Source of the DNA: Escherichia phage AnnaReinhart_Bas75
Sequence record: PQ850596.1
Strand: one strand, 5' to 3'
DNA: 43,870 nucleotides
The translations under genes and the position numbers were made by a program. This document shows positions 8,546 to 17,481 of the stretch, one piece after another. The notes below the pieces were generated by a model. The model was not told the origin of the DNA. It ran no database searches and saw only the letters and a program-made list of their open reading frames with translations. Every line of letters starts with the position of its first letter. Positions within the stretch are counted from its first letter, which is position 1.

Positions 8546-8561
8546 CGGCCCTTCGGGGCCG
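8546..8561 (+). other. stable hairpin CGGCCC-ttcg-GGGCCG (no T-tract)
   Basis: Perfect 6-bp GC stem with UUCG tetraloop directly after the stop of 8190..8540. Confidence 0.5.
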
Positions 8562-8576
8562 TAATAAGGAAAGGTC

Positions 8577-8756
8577 ATGGCAGATAATTATGTAATCCGC
8601 GAAAAGTACACCCACGTTGATGTTGTTGACGGTCAGGTTATGCCCGTTCGCGGTGTTGTAGAAGCGGATGAACTGGTAGCGGTTCAACCGGACAACGAAG
8701 AAGCGCACAACAACGGCGGTGGCACTAAGCGTCGCCGCCGTAAGTCAGAGGAATAA
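8577..8756 (+). CDS. hypothetical protein (59 aa; below the ORF-track size cutoff)
   Basis: ATG preceded by AAGGAAAGG; clean ORF ending just before the next gene; basic C-terminus GGGTKRRRRK. Confidence 0.45.
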   Translation: MADNYVIREKYTHVDVVDGQVMPVRGVVEADELVAVQPDNEEAHNNGGGTKRRRRKSEE

Positions 8757-8759
8757 TTT

Positions 8760-9272
8760 ATGCCGCTAATCGTGGAAACTGGGGCAATCGTCCCGAATGC
8801 CGACAGTTACATTAGTCTGGCTGACGCCCGCGCGTTAGCGGCTAATTATGGCCTTGAGCTACCGGAAGACGATACCGCCGCGGAGGTGGCCTTGCGTAAC
8901 GGCGCCACTTATGTCGGGCTTGCGGAACCGCAGATGTGCGGTCGCCGGGTATCCGCCGAACAGTCTCTGGCGTACCCACGTACGGGAACAACACTGAACG
9001 GCTTCACTGTAGCGGATAATGATATTCCGTCGCAGTTAATCCGGGCGCAGGTAATCGCCGCTGTTACATATGGCGCAGGAACTGATGTTCGGGCTAACTC
9101 TGATGGGCGTTCCGTGCAGACTGAGCGCGTAGAAGGCGCGGTGACCGTGACATACTTCAACAACGGCAACAGTGGCGCTACGACCGCGATTACCGCTGCT
9201 GACGACGCTTTACGCCCGTTATTGTGTGGCGGTCTTAACAATGGTTTCTCGTTTAACGTGTACCGGGGTTAA
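8760..9272 (+). CDS. putative head-tail connector/adaptor protein
   Basis: 170 aa, in the head-completion position; N-terminus (IVPNADSYISLADARALA) resembles gp6-like adaptor proteins. Assignment is tentative. Confidence 0.45.
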   Translation: MPLIVETGAIVPNADSYISLADARALAANYGLELPEDDTAAEVALRNGATYVGLAEPQMCGRRVSAEQSLAYPRTGTTLNGFTVADNDIPSQLIRAQVIAAVTYGAGTDVRANSDGRSVQTERVEGAVTVTYFNNGNSGATTAITAADDALRPLLCGGLNNGFSFNVYRG

Positions 9273-9274
9273 AA

Positions 9275-9889
9275 ATGGCGAAGACTAAATCAGAGATATT
9301 CACGCTAATCGGTTCCGAGCTACCGGACAACACGACCGGACTTATTACGCCTGCGAAGTTGCGCGGGGTATTAACCCAGATGGCTGACTCACCTATTTAC
9401 GCCACTCCGGGTGTTAAAGAGGTTGAAGTTCTCCGCGCTGCGTCGACAGTAGCGCAAGCGCCTACCGCAGTAGATACGGCGTTGCAGTTAACTTTCGGCG
9501 CTGCGCAGGGTAGTGCATCCGACCCGGTAATGATTAATGCCGCTGGCCTGGTTACATTTAACACCGCTGGCAACTACGCCGTTCGCATCAAGTTACAGGC
9601 GGGGCGCACAGGGGCCAGCGGCACGCCCATCCTGTTATCGCGCATTCTTCTTAACGGAGCTCAATACGGCTCACCAGCTGCCACGAAACTGGTAAGCGCC
9701 GATGTAACAATCCCGATTGAATCCCGTGTAGTGATTAACCCAACCGCCGGGCAAACATTCGCCGTTCAGATTATGCGAGATAGCGCCGGGACTAACTTCG
9801 GAGGCGTATACCCGCAGGTGGCTACTGTAACTGCATGGGGCACGGCACCGTTAGCGTTACTGGTTATTTCGAGACTGGAGGCTGCGTAA
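9275..9889 (+). CDS. hypothetical structural protein (204 aa)
   Basis: Tightly packed in structural operon with translational coupling to neighbours. Confidence 0.5.
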   Translation: MAKTKSEIFTLIGSELPDNTTGLITPAKLRGVLTQMADSPIYATPGVKEVEVLRAASTVAQAPTAVDTALQLTFGAAQGSASDPVMINAAGLVTFNTAGNYAVRIKLQAGRTGASGTPILLSRILLNGAQYGSPAATKLVSADVTIPIESRVVINPTAGQTFAVQIMRDSAGTNFGGVYPQVATVTAWGTAPLALLVISRLEAA

Positions 9890-10020
9890 TGCGTAAAATA
9901 ATTAATATGTGGATTAACTCTGATTTTTTGTGGAAGTACGAATTTTTGGTATCAGTGTTTGCGCTGGTATCAACAACAGCTCTAATTATATTTTTAGCGG
10001 TTTGCGGGGAGTCAACATGA
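9889..10020 (+). CDS. small membrane protein (43 aa) encoded by an AT-rich insert
   Basis: ATG overlapping upstream stop (TAATG); single hydrophobic helix LVSVFALVSTTALIIFLAV; local GC clearly lower than flanks. Confidence 0.45.
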   Translation: MRKIINMWINSDFLWKYEFLVSVFALVSTTALIIFLAVCGEST

Positions 10021-10376
10021 GCACCGCTTTCAGCAAACGTATGCAGGGCGTGGGTACACGCCTGCTAACCAAATTCGGCAGCACAGTATCTCTGGTTCGC
10101 GCTGGCTCGAAAGTGTGGGATGAAGTTCTCGGTGAATACGTCTGGTCTGCGGATGAAGTGTTGCCGTTGAAGGCTGTTCCGGTTCCGGTAAACGCGGGAC
10201 TGGTAAACGGTACGACGATTCAGGCTGGCGACATGATTGTTAAAGCGGATTGCAGCGTCGTTCCGAAGATGGAAGACAAAGTGCAATTCGGTGGCGAGCA
10301 GTGGTCTGTCGTAGCCATTGAGAAGAAGATGGTTAACGATGATGTCGTGGCATACTTTATTCAGGTGAGAAAATGA
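10017..10376 (+). CDS. hypothetical head-tail joining protein (119 aa)
   Basis: ATG 10017 overlaps upstream stop (ATGA); position between connector and tail-completion genes. Confidence 0.5.
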   Translation: MSTAFSKRMQGVGTRLLTKFGSTVSLVRAGSKVWDEVLGEYVWSADEVLPLKAVPVPVNAGLVNGTTIQAGDMIVKADCSVVPKMEDKVQFGGEQWSVVAIEKKMVNDDVVAYFIQVRK

Positions 10377-10873
10377 GTTTCGCGCTTGATGTCTCTAAGT
10401 TCGTGGAAAAGGCGAAGAAGAACCCTGAGAAGGTGATGCGTCAGGTGTCTATCAAGCTGTTTTCCGCTATTATAAAGGCGAGTCCGGTGGATACTGGCCG
10501 CTTTCGTATGAACTGGATGGCCTCTGGCGGTACTCCTGCTTCCGGTACGAGTCGCGGTACCGACCCTAGCGGGGCGAACGCGATAAGCGCTATGGTTTCT
10601 ACGGTGTCAGGTTTACCCGACTGGAGCGAGTTTACCCTGACAAATAACCTGCCGTATGCGGAAGTTATAGAGTTCGGGGGTTACGCTACTGGCTTCCACG
10701 GCCCTAAGCGCCCTTCTAACTTAGGCTCTAAATTTGTTGGCCCATTGAGGCCGAAAGCGCCCAGCAGAACAACCACAGACGGATATTCCCTTCAGGCTCC
10801 GCAAGGTGTTGTCCGGGTTAACGTTCAGCGATTCAATAAACTGCTCGAAGAAGAAGCGAGGAAGTATAAATAA
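10373..10873 (+). CDS. tail completion protein, HK97 gp10-like
   Basis: 166 aa; motif SPVDTGRFRMNW matches the conserved PVDTG-R signature I recall for the HK97 gp10 family. Confidence 0.55.
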   Translation: MSFALDVSKFVEKAKKNPEKVMRQVSIKLFSAIIKASPVDTGRFRMNWMASGGTPASGTSRGTDPSGANAISAMVSTVSGLPDWSEFTLTNNLPYAEVIEFGGYATGFHGPKRPSNLGSKFVGPLRPKAPSRTTTDGYSLQAPQGVVRVNVQRFNKLLEEEARKYK

Positions 10874-11286
10874 TGGGCTACTTTGAGGACTTAACAAAAG
10901 CGTTCGATGTTCCGCTGGTAGCCTTCGGAACCGCCAACGGCATCAAGGTTGCGCTTGAAAACATCGACGCGCCGACGTCAACCGATACGCCGTATCTGGC
11001 GAGTTACATGCTACTGGCAGATACCGAGCAGGCGGATTTGTTCTTCACTGAGCAACGCTCTGGTATTTATCAGGTAGACATTAACTACGCATCGGTGAAA
11101 GGTAGCGCGCCAATCAATAAAATGGCAGACTTACTTAACACGGCGTTTAAAGCAGGTAAGTCATTTTCGCGTAACGACATCTGCGCCGAGGTTCAATCGG
11201 TTAGCCTGGGGCCGCTGATTGTAGAAAACGGATGGGCCAAACGACCATTGTCAATTAACTTTATTGCATTCACCAAGAGGCTGTGA
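10873..11286 (+). CDS. putative tail terminator / tail completion protein (137 aa)
   Basis: Position immediately upstream of the major tail protein gene; start overlaps previous stop. Confidence 0.45.
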   Translation: MGYFEDLTKAFDVPLVAFGTANGIKVALENIDAPTSTDTPYLASYMLLADTEQADLFFTEQRSGIYQVDINYASVKGSAPINKMADLLNTAFKAGKSFSRNDICAEVQSVSLGPLIVENGWAKRPLSINFIAFTKRL

Positions 11287-11288
11287 AT

Positions 11289-12455
11289 ATGGCTACAACT
11301 CCTTTTAAGGGCGCGAATACCGCGCAATTCTATGTGGCGGAAACTACCCCTGGCGTAACACCGACTAACCCGGTATGGTCGCCGTTGCGTAACACGGGCG
11401 GCGTTCCCGCTGTAACCCGCGATGCACTGACTTCCAACGAACTGGACGGCAGCCGTGAAACTACATCCATCCGAACCGGTAACAAGCAGGTTAGCGGGGA
11501 GTATGCCATCGAACTTAGCTCTCGTAGCCAGGATGATTTCCTTGCGGGAGCGATGACTTCTACGTGGCAAGCTGGGGTAGAGATTACTGGCGCCGGAATT
11601 ACGGTCGCCCCAGCAGGTAAAACATTCACCCGCGCTGCCGGTAGCTTCATTACTGACGGTGTAGAAGTTGGCGACCTTATTGCGTTCACCGACTTAACCG
11701 GCGACAACGCAAAACCGTTTATCGTGACCGCGGTTTCCGCTCTGGTAGTTACGGGCGCAGGTATTCAACACACGCTGACAGCAGAGACAGTAACCACTGA
11801 CGCAAAAACTGGCGACAAGCTGGAAACCGGTAACGCGTGTAAGACGTTCTCCATCCTGACGTGGTTCAAGGGCCAGTGTGGTAACCCGGACGCGTACATG
11901 CTGACCAAAGGTGTGGAAATCTCTGGCTTTACCGTAGAGCAGGCGGTTAACGCCATGGTCACCGGCAGCTTCCCGTTCATCGGCCTGAGTCAGGAGATTC
12001 TTACCGCGCCGCCGTCTGGCTCTGATTTCTCTCAGGTTACGTTCACCGATGAGCCGTTCTCGTCGGTAGATGTGTCGGTGTTCGATGGCTCCACGCCGTT
12101 GCGTTGCGATACTCTCACCATCACCAACGACAACGGAGCTTCCGCGCAGTTCGAACTCGGTAACAGTAGCGTGGCGTTCGTCGAACGTGGACGCGCAGCT
12201 AACACATTCTCTATCTCTGGCAAGCTGTACGACATGGCGATGATTCAGAAGTTTATCAACGAGCAGCAGGTAGAGATTAACTCTATTCTGGCAGGGGTAA
12301 ACGGGGCTATGTCTTTCAGTTTGAAACGTGCAGAGCTTACGGCGGTTACACCTGAGATTGGTGGGCCTGAGTCAATCACTCAGTCCATTGAAGGCCAGGC
12401 TACCGGCAATCAGTACCAGTCGTCTATCGTAATTCAACGTATCACCTACGCATAA
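11289..12455 (+). CDS. major tail protein
   Basis: 389 aa, Thr/Gly/Ala-rich; AAGAGG RBS; followed by strong terminator; located upstream of chaperone-tape measure genes. Confidence 0.6.
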   Translation: MATTPFKGANTAQFYVAETTPGVTPTNPVWSPLRNTGGVPAVTRDALTSNELDGSRETTSIRTGNKQVSGEYAIELSSRSQDDFLAGAMTSTWQAGVEITGAGITVAPAGKTFTRAAGSFITDGVEVGDLIAFTDLTGDNAKPFIVTAVSALVVTGAGIQHTLTAETVTTDAKTGDKLETGNACKTFSILTWFKGQCGNPDAYMLTKGVEISGFTVEQAVNAMVTGSFPFIGLSQEILTAPPSGSDFSQVTFTDEPFSSVDVSVFDGSTPLRCDTLTITNDNGASAQFELGNSSVAFVERGRAANTFSISGKLYDMAMIQKFINEQQVEINSILAGVNGAMSFSLKRAELTAVTPEIGGPESITQSIEGQATGNQYQSSIVIQRITYA

Positions 12456-12460
12456 AACTA

Positions 12461-12483
12461 AGGCCCCTTTCGGGGCCTTTTTC
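12461..12483. terminator. bidirectional terminator AGGCCCC-tttc-GGGGCCT with flanking A and T runs
   Basis: Between convergent major tail gene (+) and minus-strand cassette; same stem sequence as terminators at 4882 and 24518. Confidence 0.7.
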
Positions 12484-12714
12484 TCACTCATCAATATTAC
12501 TTCGATACTCCCGTAACTTCTCCAGACTTTCAATTGCTTCTGCTAAGTCGGTTCCGGTGTCCTTATGCCCGCGAAGACCCATGCACAATAACTTCTTCAA
12601 TGCGTGCTGTAGTGCGGGGTCACGGATGTCGAAGGCACGGAGAACATCGTAAACGTCTACGGTCATAGTGCTGCCGTGAGTGTTTGTCATTGTTCGGTTG
12701 TATTTTGAAGTCAT
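12484..12714 (-). CDS. hypothetical protein (76 aa), last gene of minus-strand insert
   Basis: Start overlaps stop of phosphoesterase gene; no recognisable motif. Confidence 0.5.
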   Translation of the reverse strand: MTSKYNRTMTNTHGSTMTVDVYDVLRAFDIRDPALQHALKKLLCMGLRGHKDTGTDLAEAIESLEKLREYRSNIDE

Positions 12715-13841
12715 CCCAGCATCTCCGGTGAAATAGTTAAACGTGCGACCTCGCCATATTCGGCGCTATAAGTAATTACATTTGCACTACGGCCTGACAT
12801 CCACCCGCCGCGGGAGGCATAGGCGTCTTTAGCCGCTAAGGTGCGGTGTTGCTCAACAATCATGTTACGGCTTTCTACAATCTTCTGGTGGTGCAGGTGG
12901 CCTACGTGGGCGTAGCTATAGACACTCTCACCGAACGCTTTGCGGAATTTGGCAATCATAACCGGTTCGATAGCATCGAATCGCGCCTTATGCCCGTGGT
13001 GAAAGAACAACGTCGTTTTTCCGTGTTGCACCATCTTGTAAACATCCGGCGACGTATCGACAATCACTCGGCTGTCGTTCGAATATAAAACTGTGAACAT
13101 TTCAGCCAGCCATACAGAGCCTACAGGGTCATGGTTCCCCTGTACGATAAGCAAGCGAACATTTTTATGTTTAACCAGTGCCATATCTACAACACGGCGT
13201 ACCATACGAATCATGTAGCGGACGAGTTTCTGGTAGCGAGTGTCTGCGTCCAACACGTGACGCGACTCAGGTGTAACGGCATCCAGACTATCGAAGTGCG
13301 CGAAATCACCCAGCAGGTTAATAACTCCTGTTCCTGCATCCGGTGCTTTCTGAAACGCCGCGTCGAACCAACGAGAGAACAGGTCTTCCGCAATCTTTAT
13401 ATCCCAGTCGTCGCCGCTCTCGTCGGCCCAGGCAAGCATACCGAGATGGAAATCAGATACCGTGTAAAGATTGAGTAGCTTGTCGTCGCGTTTGGCTCGA
13501 GTCGCTTTAGCCGGCGCAACTGGCGTAATCTCTGACTTCATGCCTTCAATCACGGCTTTCATCAACTCGACCTGACGTTCAGCGTCGGTGTCTGTCTTAA
13601 CCCATTGCAACTTAGTATTGCCGAACTCGTCTACCAGAGACGACGTCCCTTTAATCTTGTAGCCGTCTGGGACAAGGTGGCTAACGTCACGCCCGTGGCC
13701 TACACCTTTCTTAGCCAGCTTCGCTTTACGGATACGAATAACTCGGTCTGAGATGCCGTATTTACGGGCGATGTCTACATTCTTCATCCCGGCGTTCAAT
13801 TCTTCCTGTAACTGTTCGTCGGTTATTTTCTTCTGGGCCAT
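12711..13841 (-). CDS. HTH domain fused to calcineurin-like metallophosphoesterase
   Basis: 376 aa; N-terminal HTH-like segment (KNVDIARKYGISDRVIRIRKAKL); C-terminal phosphoesterase motifs in order: SDFHLG (D-x-H), GDFAHFD (GD-x-x-D), GNHD, then His-rich HHGH and GHLHH. Confidence 0.7.
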   Translation of the reverse strand: MAQKKITDEQLQEELNAGMKNVDIARKYGISDRVIRIRKAKLAKKGVGHGRDVSHLVPDGYKIKGTSSLVDEFGNTKLQWVKTDTDAERQVELMKAVIEGMKSEITPVAPAKATRAKRDDKLLNLYTVSDFHLGMLAWADESGDDWDIKIAEDLFSRWFDAAFQKAPDAGTGVINLLGDFAHFDSLDAVTPESRHVLDADTRYQKLVRYMIRMVRRVVDMALVKHKNVRLLIVQGNHDPVGSVWLAEMFTVLYSNDSRVIVDTSPDVYKMVQHGKTTLFFHHGHKARFDAIEPVMIAKFRKAFGESVYSYAHVGHLHHQKIVESRNMIVEQHRTLAAKDAYASRGGWMSGRSANVITYSAEYGEVARLTISPEMLG

Positions 13842-13906
13842 GCTTACTTCCTCGTGTTTAGGATTTGTCCTATTTAACCACAGTGGATTCCTTTAAATAA
13901 AGGCAA

Positions 13907-14233
13907 CTATTTACTTTCTGCGCCTATCGCCCACCCTGTCATTACCATTTGCAGACGGGTGGCTGTCAGTAGGCTATAGAAAGCATCTCCGTTTTTCTCT
14001 ACCGAACGTATCACTGTGTAGGTTACGGCCTGCGGGGGTAGGCCCGATTTACCAACCTCCACGGCGGCCTCACACTCGCGAACTGTAGAGTCCTTGAACG
14101 CCTTTACAATAGTAGGGTCGGCTTTATCAAGCACACCAGAAGTCATAAGAACAGATTCACTAAATACCTGTTCGCACGGGGCTCCAAAAGTAGCAAAAGA
14201 CATAAAACCCAGAGCTAGTACTAATTTACGCAT
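13907..14233 (-). CDS. secreted/periplasmic small protein (108 aa) with N-terminal signal peptide
   Basis: MRKLVLALGFMSFATFGA signal-peptide-like N-terminus; GAGGA RBS; first gene downstream of early-type promoter 14262..14290. Confidence 0.55.
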   Translation of the reverse strand: MRKLVLALGFMSFATFGAPCEQVFSESVLMTSGVLDKADPTIVKAFKDSTVRECEAAVEVGKSGLPPQAVTYTVIRSVEKNGDAFYSLLTATRLQMVMTGWAIGAESK

Positions 14234-14261
14234 AATTATTTCCTCAGTAAGTTACATGTGA

Positions 14262-14290
14262 ATAGTACCCTATTATATTGGGGTGTGCAA
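14262..14290 (-). promoter_or_regulatory. sigma70-like promoter TTGCAC-N17-TACTAT with AATAG-N4-CTATT palindrome
   Basis: Identical 29-bp core to 5139..5167; drives minus-strand cassette 14233..12484. Confidence 0.6.
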
Positions 14291-14397
14291 GTAGTGTGCT
14301 AGAATAAGTTTGCGCCTAGTGTCGCACACGAAAAGCGGGTGGTTCCCGCCTGGCGCATTAACCATAACCAGTAACCTCTTAACCAAAGGACTAAAGA

Positions 14398-14814
14398 ATG
14401 AAACTTTCTGATTTCTATTTTGCCGACCGCCACGCCGCCGGTACTAAAATGCCTATCCTTCTGCCCAGTGGTAAAGATTCCGGTGAATGGTTGCAGGTCA
14501 TCGGCCCCGATTGTGACGCTGGTGTTCGTGCGGGCCGTGCCTACACAACGGCAATTCGACGCCTTACGGAAGAACTTGCGCCATTAGATAAAGAGTGCGA
14601 GGCGCTGAATAACTGGGCGCGCTATAATGATGAGAAGGGCTGGCGGGTGATGGACCTGAACAAGCAGCTTGCCGTGGAAATCGTCACCGGTTGGTCATTC
14701 GACGAACCATTCAGCAAAGAGGCGCTTGCTAACCTGTTCGACCAGTACAGTGGGTTGGCAGAGGCCGTAGTTAAGCATCACACCGATAGCCGTGAGAAAC
14801 TCTCGGAAAAGTAA
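14398..14814 (+). CDS. tail assembly chaperone (gpG-like)
   Basis: 138-aa ORF directly upstream of tape measure; downstream ORF in -1 frame overlaps its end (see frameshift feature). Confidence 0.65.
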   Translation: MKLSDFYFADRHAAGTKMPILLPSGKDSGEWLQVIGPDCDAGVRAGRAYTTAIRRLTEELAPLDKECEALNNWARYNDEKGWRVMDLNKQLAVEIVTGWSFDEPFSKEALANLFDQYSGLAEAVVKHHTDSREKLSEK

Positions 14815-15176
14815 AAGCGCTGTATGAATTTGCGCAATGGTGCTTTGTCGACCGCCACAAACGTAAGCAATTCGACGACATCGCGGCGGGCCACCAGGCG
14901 GCTTTGATTGCAATGGGCGTGATTAAAGAACCGCAGATGAAAGAAGCGACGGGGCCGGAATGCCCCGTTTCTCTTATCGACGTGTTCGAGAAATACCGTG
15001 CCATTAAATTCCTACAGCGCGAAACAGATGATACTATCGTTATAATCCCGCGCGATGCGCTCAAATGGCAAGATTTGGTAGCGTTTCGTGATGTCGCCGG
15101 TTACGGCATAAGTTTGTTCGAAGCCGAGGTTATCATGGGCTTAGACGGAATATTTGAGGGCAGAGAAGATGGCTGA
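14398..15176 (+). CDS. tail assembly chaperone frameshift fusion (gpGT-like), requires -1 shift near 14805..14811
   Basis: -1 frame opens at 14796 (after TGA 14793-14795) and runs to 15176; zero frame stops at 14812; candidate slippery heptamer G GAA AAG at 14805-14811. Fusion ends where tape measure starts. Confidence 0.55.
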
Positions 15177-17481
15177 TACGGCTTCCCTAATTGCCAGAGT
15201 AAAAACAGAAGGCGCTGATGTAGCCGCTAAACAGCTTGACGCTATGGCGGCATCCGCAGACCGTGCGGACACATCCGTAAACAAACTAACGCCGGATGTT
15301 AATAAAGTAAACTCCGCTACGTCTAAAGCGGCTTCTGACGGTTTCGCTAAATTCCGTAACGCCGCCGGGCAGGTAGGCTTCCAGGTGCAGGACATGGTCG
15401 TCCAGTTGCAGTCCGGCACGTCTGCATTCGTAGCAATCGGGCAACAAGGCTCTCAGCTTGCGGGTGCTTTCGGCCCTGGTGGTGCGGTGCTTGGGGCTGT
15501 AATTGCTCTTGCGTCAGCTATCGGTGGCGTCTTGTACAAATCGCTAACAGAGGCGGAGGGGAGTTCAAAAGACCTCGAAGCCGCGCAGAAACAGTTAAAA
15601 GACACCTTCCAGCAAACAGCATCCGGCTCTCTCGAACTGACAGACGGCCTTATCCAGCTTACCCAAATCAGCCGAGAAGCGGCGGAGACTCAGCTCGCTC
15701 TGGCTAAGGCTAACGCAGACCTTATCGCGCAGCAAACAGCTAAAGCCGTTCGAGAGGACGCAGAATCATGGGAGACATGGAAAGCCTCCACAGCATCGGC
15801 TATTAGCCAGTATGATGCGCTGGTTTCTAAGGGTGCTGATGTAGGCGACACGTTAGAAAAACTCGGTGGCACTTACGAGGGTAATATCGTAGGCGTCAAC
15901 ATGCTGGCACAGAATATAGCAGAGCTTAGTAGTAAGTTCGGGGTTAACCGTGACCAGGCGCTGGAGATGATAGCGGCACAGAGCGCGTTTAATAAAGAGC
16001 CGACCGCTGAGAATGCCCGCCGCATCGCCGATGTGTTTACCGACTGGCTTGGTAACACTAAGCAGTTGAACCCGGAACTTATCCGCCTGACAGACAACGC
16101 CAACAAAAACGCCACGGCGCTGGAAAACGCAGAGAAGTCGGCAAACGCGGCGGCGGAGGCTCAAAAGAACCTCGGTCGTAACGTTAACTCAACCACGCAG
16201 AGATTCCAGGAACAGAACGAAGCTATCGTCAAGAATCAGCAAATCGCCATCTTAAGCGACCGTGAGCGTATCAGGGCACAAGCTGAACTGGATAAGCAGG
16301 CGTTCGCTAAACGTGAAGCTGTCACCAAAGAACAGATAGCCGCGTATAACGCTGCCCGTGACGCGGAAGCGCAGCAAGACATAGCTCGCATTGACAAGAC
16401 CGAGAAAGAGAAGGCAGACCGCGAGGCTAAATCGAACGAGAAACGTCTGGCGGCGCAGGCCAAACGCGAAGAAACGGCGGCGCAACGTCAGAAAAAAGCG
16501 GCGGAAGATTTCCTCGCTACTGTCGACCGAACAACCGGAGACGAAATTTCTCGCATCACGGCGGCAGAAGAGCAGAAACTGGCGAAACTTGAAGAGTTTA
16601 ACCGCGCCGGAACAATAAGCCAGCAGCAGTACGAAAACGCCAAAACGCAGATTATGCTCACCGCCGAGCAGGCCCGACAGGAAGAACTGGATAAGAAAAG
16701 AAAAGAAGCCCAGGAAAAGCAGCAGAAAGGCGACGACTTCATGGCACAGATTATGGGCCAGAACGCTACTGAGCTTGAGCTTCTCGACATCCAGGAACAG
16801 CAGAAGCTGGCGGTCGCGGATAAGTATCGAGAGCAGGGGCTTATTAACGAGGAACAGTATCAGGCGGCACTTAACGCTATAAATGAGCAGTATGCTACGA
16901 AGCGCGCCGACGCTTTAGGTAATTCTTTCGGTGACATGGCGGCTAATGCTAAAACAGCATTTGGCGAGGCGTCCACCGCGTATAAAGCGTTTGCTATCGC
17001 ACAGGCAACTATCGCCACGTACACATCGGCTATCGAGGCATATAAGTCAACGGCTGCCATCCCTGTTGTCGGCCCATTCCTGGCGCCGGTTGCTGCGGCT
17101 ACTGCCGTTGCCGCGGGGCTGGCTAATATCGCCAAAATCCGCTCGGCGCGTGAGCAGGGCGGGCAGTTATCCGCCGGGCAGGCTTCTACTATCGCAGAAC
17201 GCGGTAAACCAGAAGTTATTATGCCTGCTGGTGCATCGCGAGTACGCACTGCACAGCAGATGAAAGAAATTATGGGGCAAAACGGGTCTTCTTCCGGCCC
17301 ATCTAATGTTACCATCGTAAACAACACGAGTTCTCAAATCGGCAACGTATCCACTGAGCAAGATGATGAAGGCCGTTTGCGTATCATCATAGAAGAGCAA
17401 GTTGCTGCATCTTTGCAGAACAGCAACAGCAAGATTAGCAAGGCCCGCAAAGCCACAAGAAATGCGCCGGGGTTTAAATAA
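15169..17481 (+). CDS. tail tape measure protein
   Basis: 770 aa from ATG 15169 (ORF opens at TTG 15154); Ala/Gln/Glu-rich coiled-coil character; hydrophobic Gly/Ala-rich segment (AFGPGGAVLGAVIALASAIGG); largest gene of the tail block. Confidence 0.8.
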   Translation: MADTASLIARVKTEGADVAAKQLDAMAASADRADTSVNKLTPDVNKVNSATSKAASDGFAKFRNAAGQVGFQVQDMVVQLQSGTSAFVAIGQQGSQLAGAFGPGGAVLGAVIALASAIGGVLYKSLTEAEGSSKDLEAAQKQLKDTFQQTASGSLELTDGLIQLTQISREAAETQLALAKANADLIAQQTAKAVREDAESWETWKASTASAISQYDALVSKGADVGDTLEKLGGTYEGNIVGVNMLAQNIAELSSKFGVNRDQALEMIAAQSAFNKEPTAENARRIADVFTDWLGNTKQLNPELIRLTDNANKNATALENAEKSANAAAEAQKNLGRNVNSTTQRFQEQNEAIVKNQQIAILSDRERIRAQAELDKQAFAKREAVTKEQIAAYNAARDAEAQQDIARIDKTEKEKADREAKSNEKRLAAQAKREETAAQRQKKAAEDFLATVDRTTGDEISRITAAEEQKLAKLEEFNRAGTISQQQYENAKTQIMLTAEQARQEELDKKRKEAQEKQQKGDDFMAQIMGQNATELELLDIQEQQKLAVADKYREQGLINEEQYQAALNAINEQYATKRADALGNSFGDMAANAKTAFGEASTAYKAFAIAQATIATYTSAIEAYKSTAAIPVVGPFLAPVAAATAVAAGLANIAKIRSAREQGGQLSAGQASTIAERGKPEVIMPAGASRVRTAQQMKEIMGQNGSSSGPSNVTIVNNTSSQIGNVSTEQDDEGRLRIIIEEQVAASLQNSNSKISKARKATRNAPGFK

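Noticed and set aside
8184-8708. 174-aa minus-strand ORF overlapping the Ig-like gene and the small 8577..8756 gene
   Set aside because: Antisense to plus-strand genes that have RBSs and a recognisable Ig-like domain motif.
16860-17327. 155-aa minus-strand ORF and several other ORFs antisense to the tape measure gene
   Set aside because: Lie wholly within the 770-aa tape measure ORF on the opposite strand; Ala-rich composition mirrors the sense-strand repeats.
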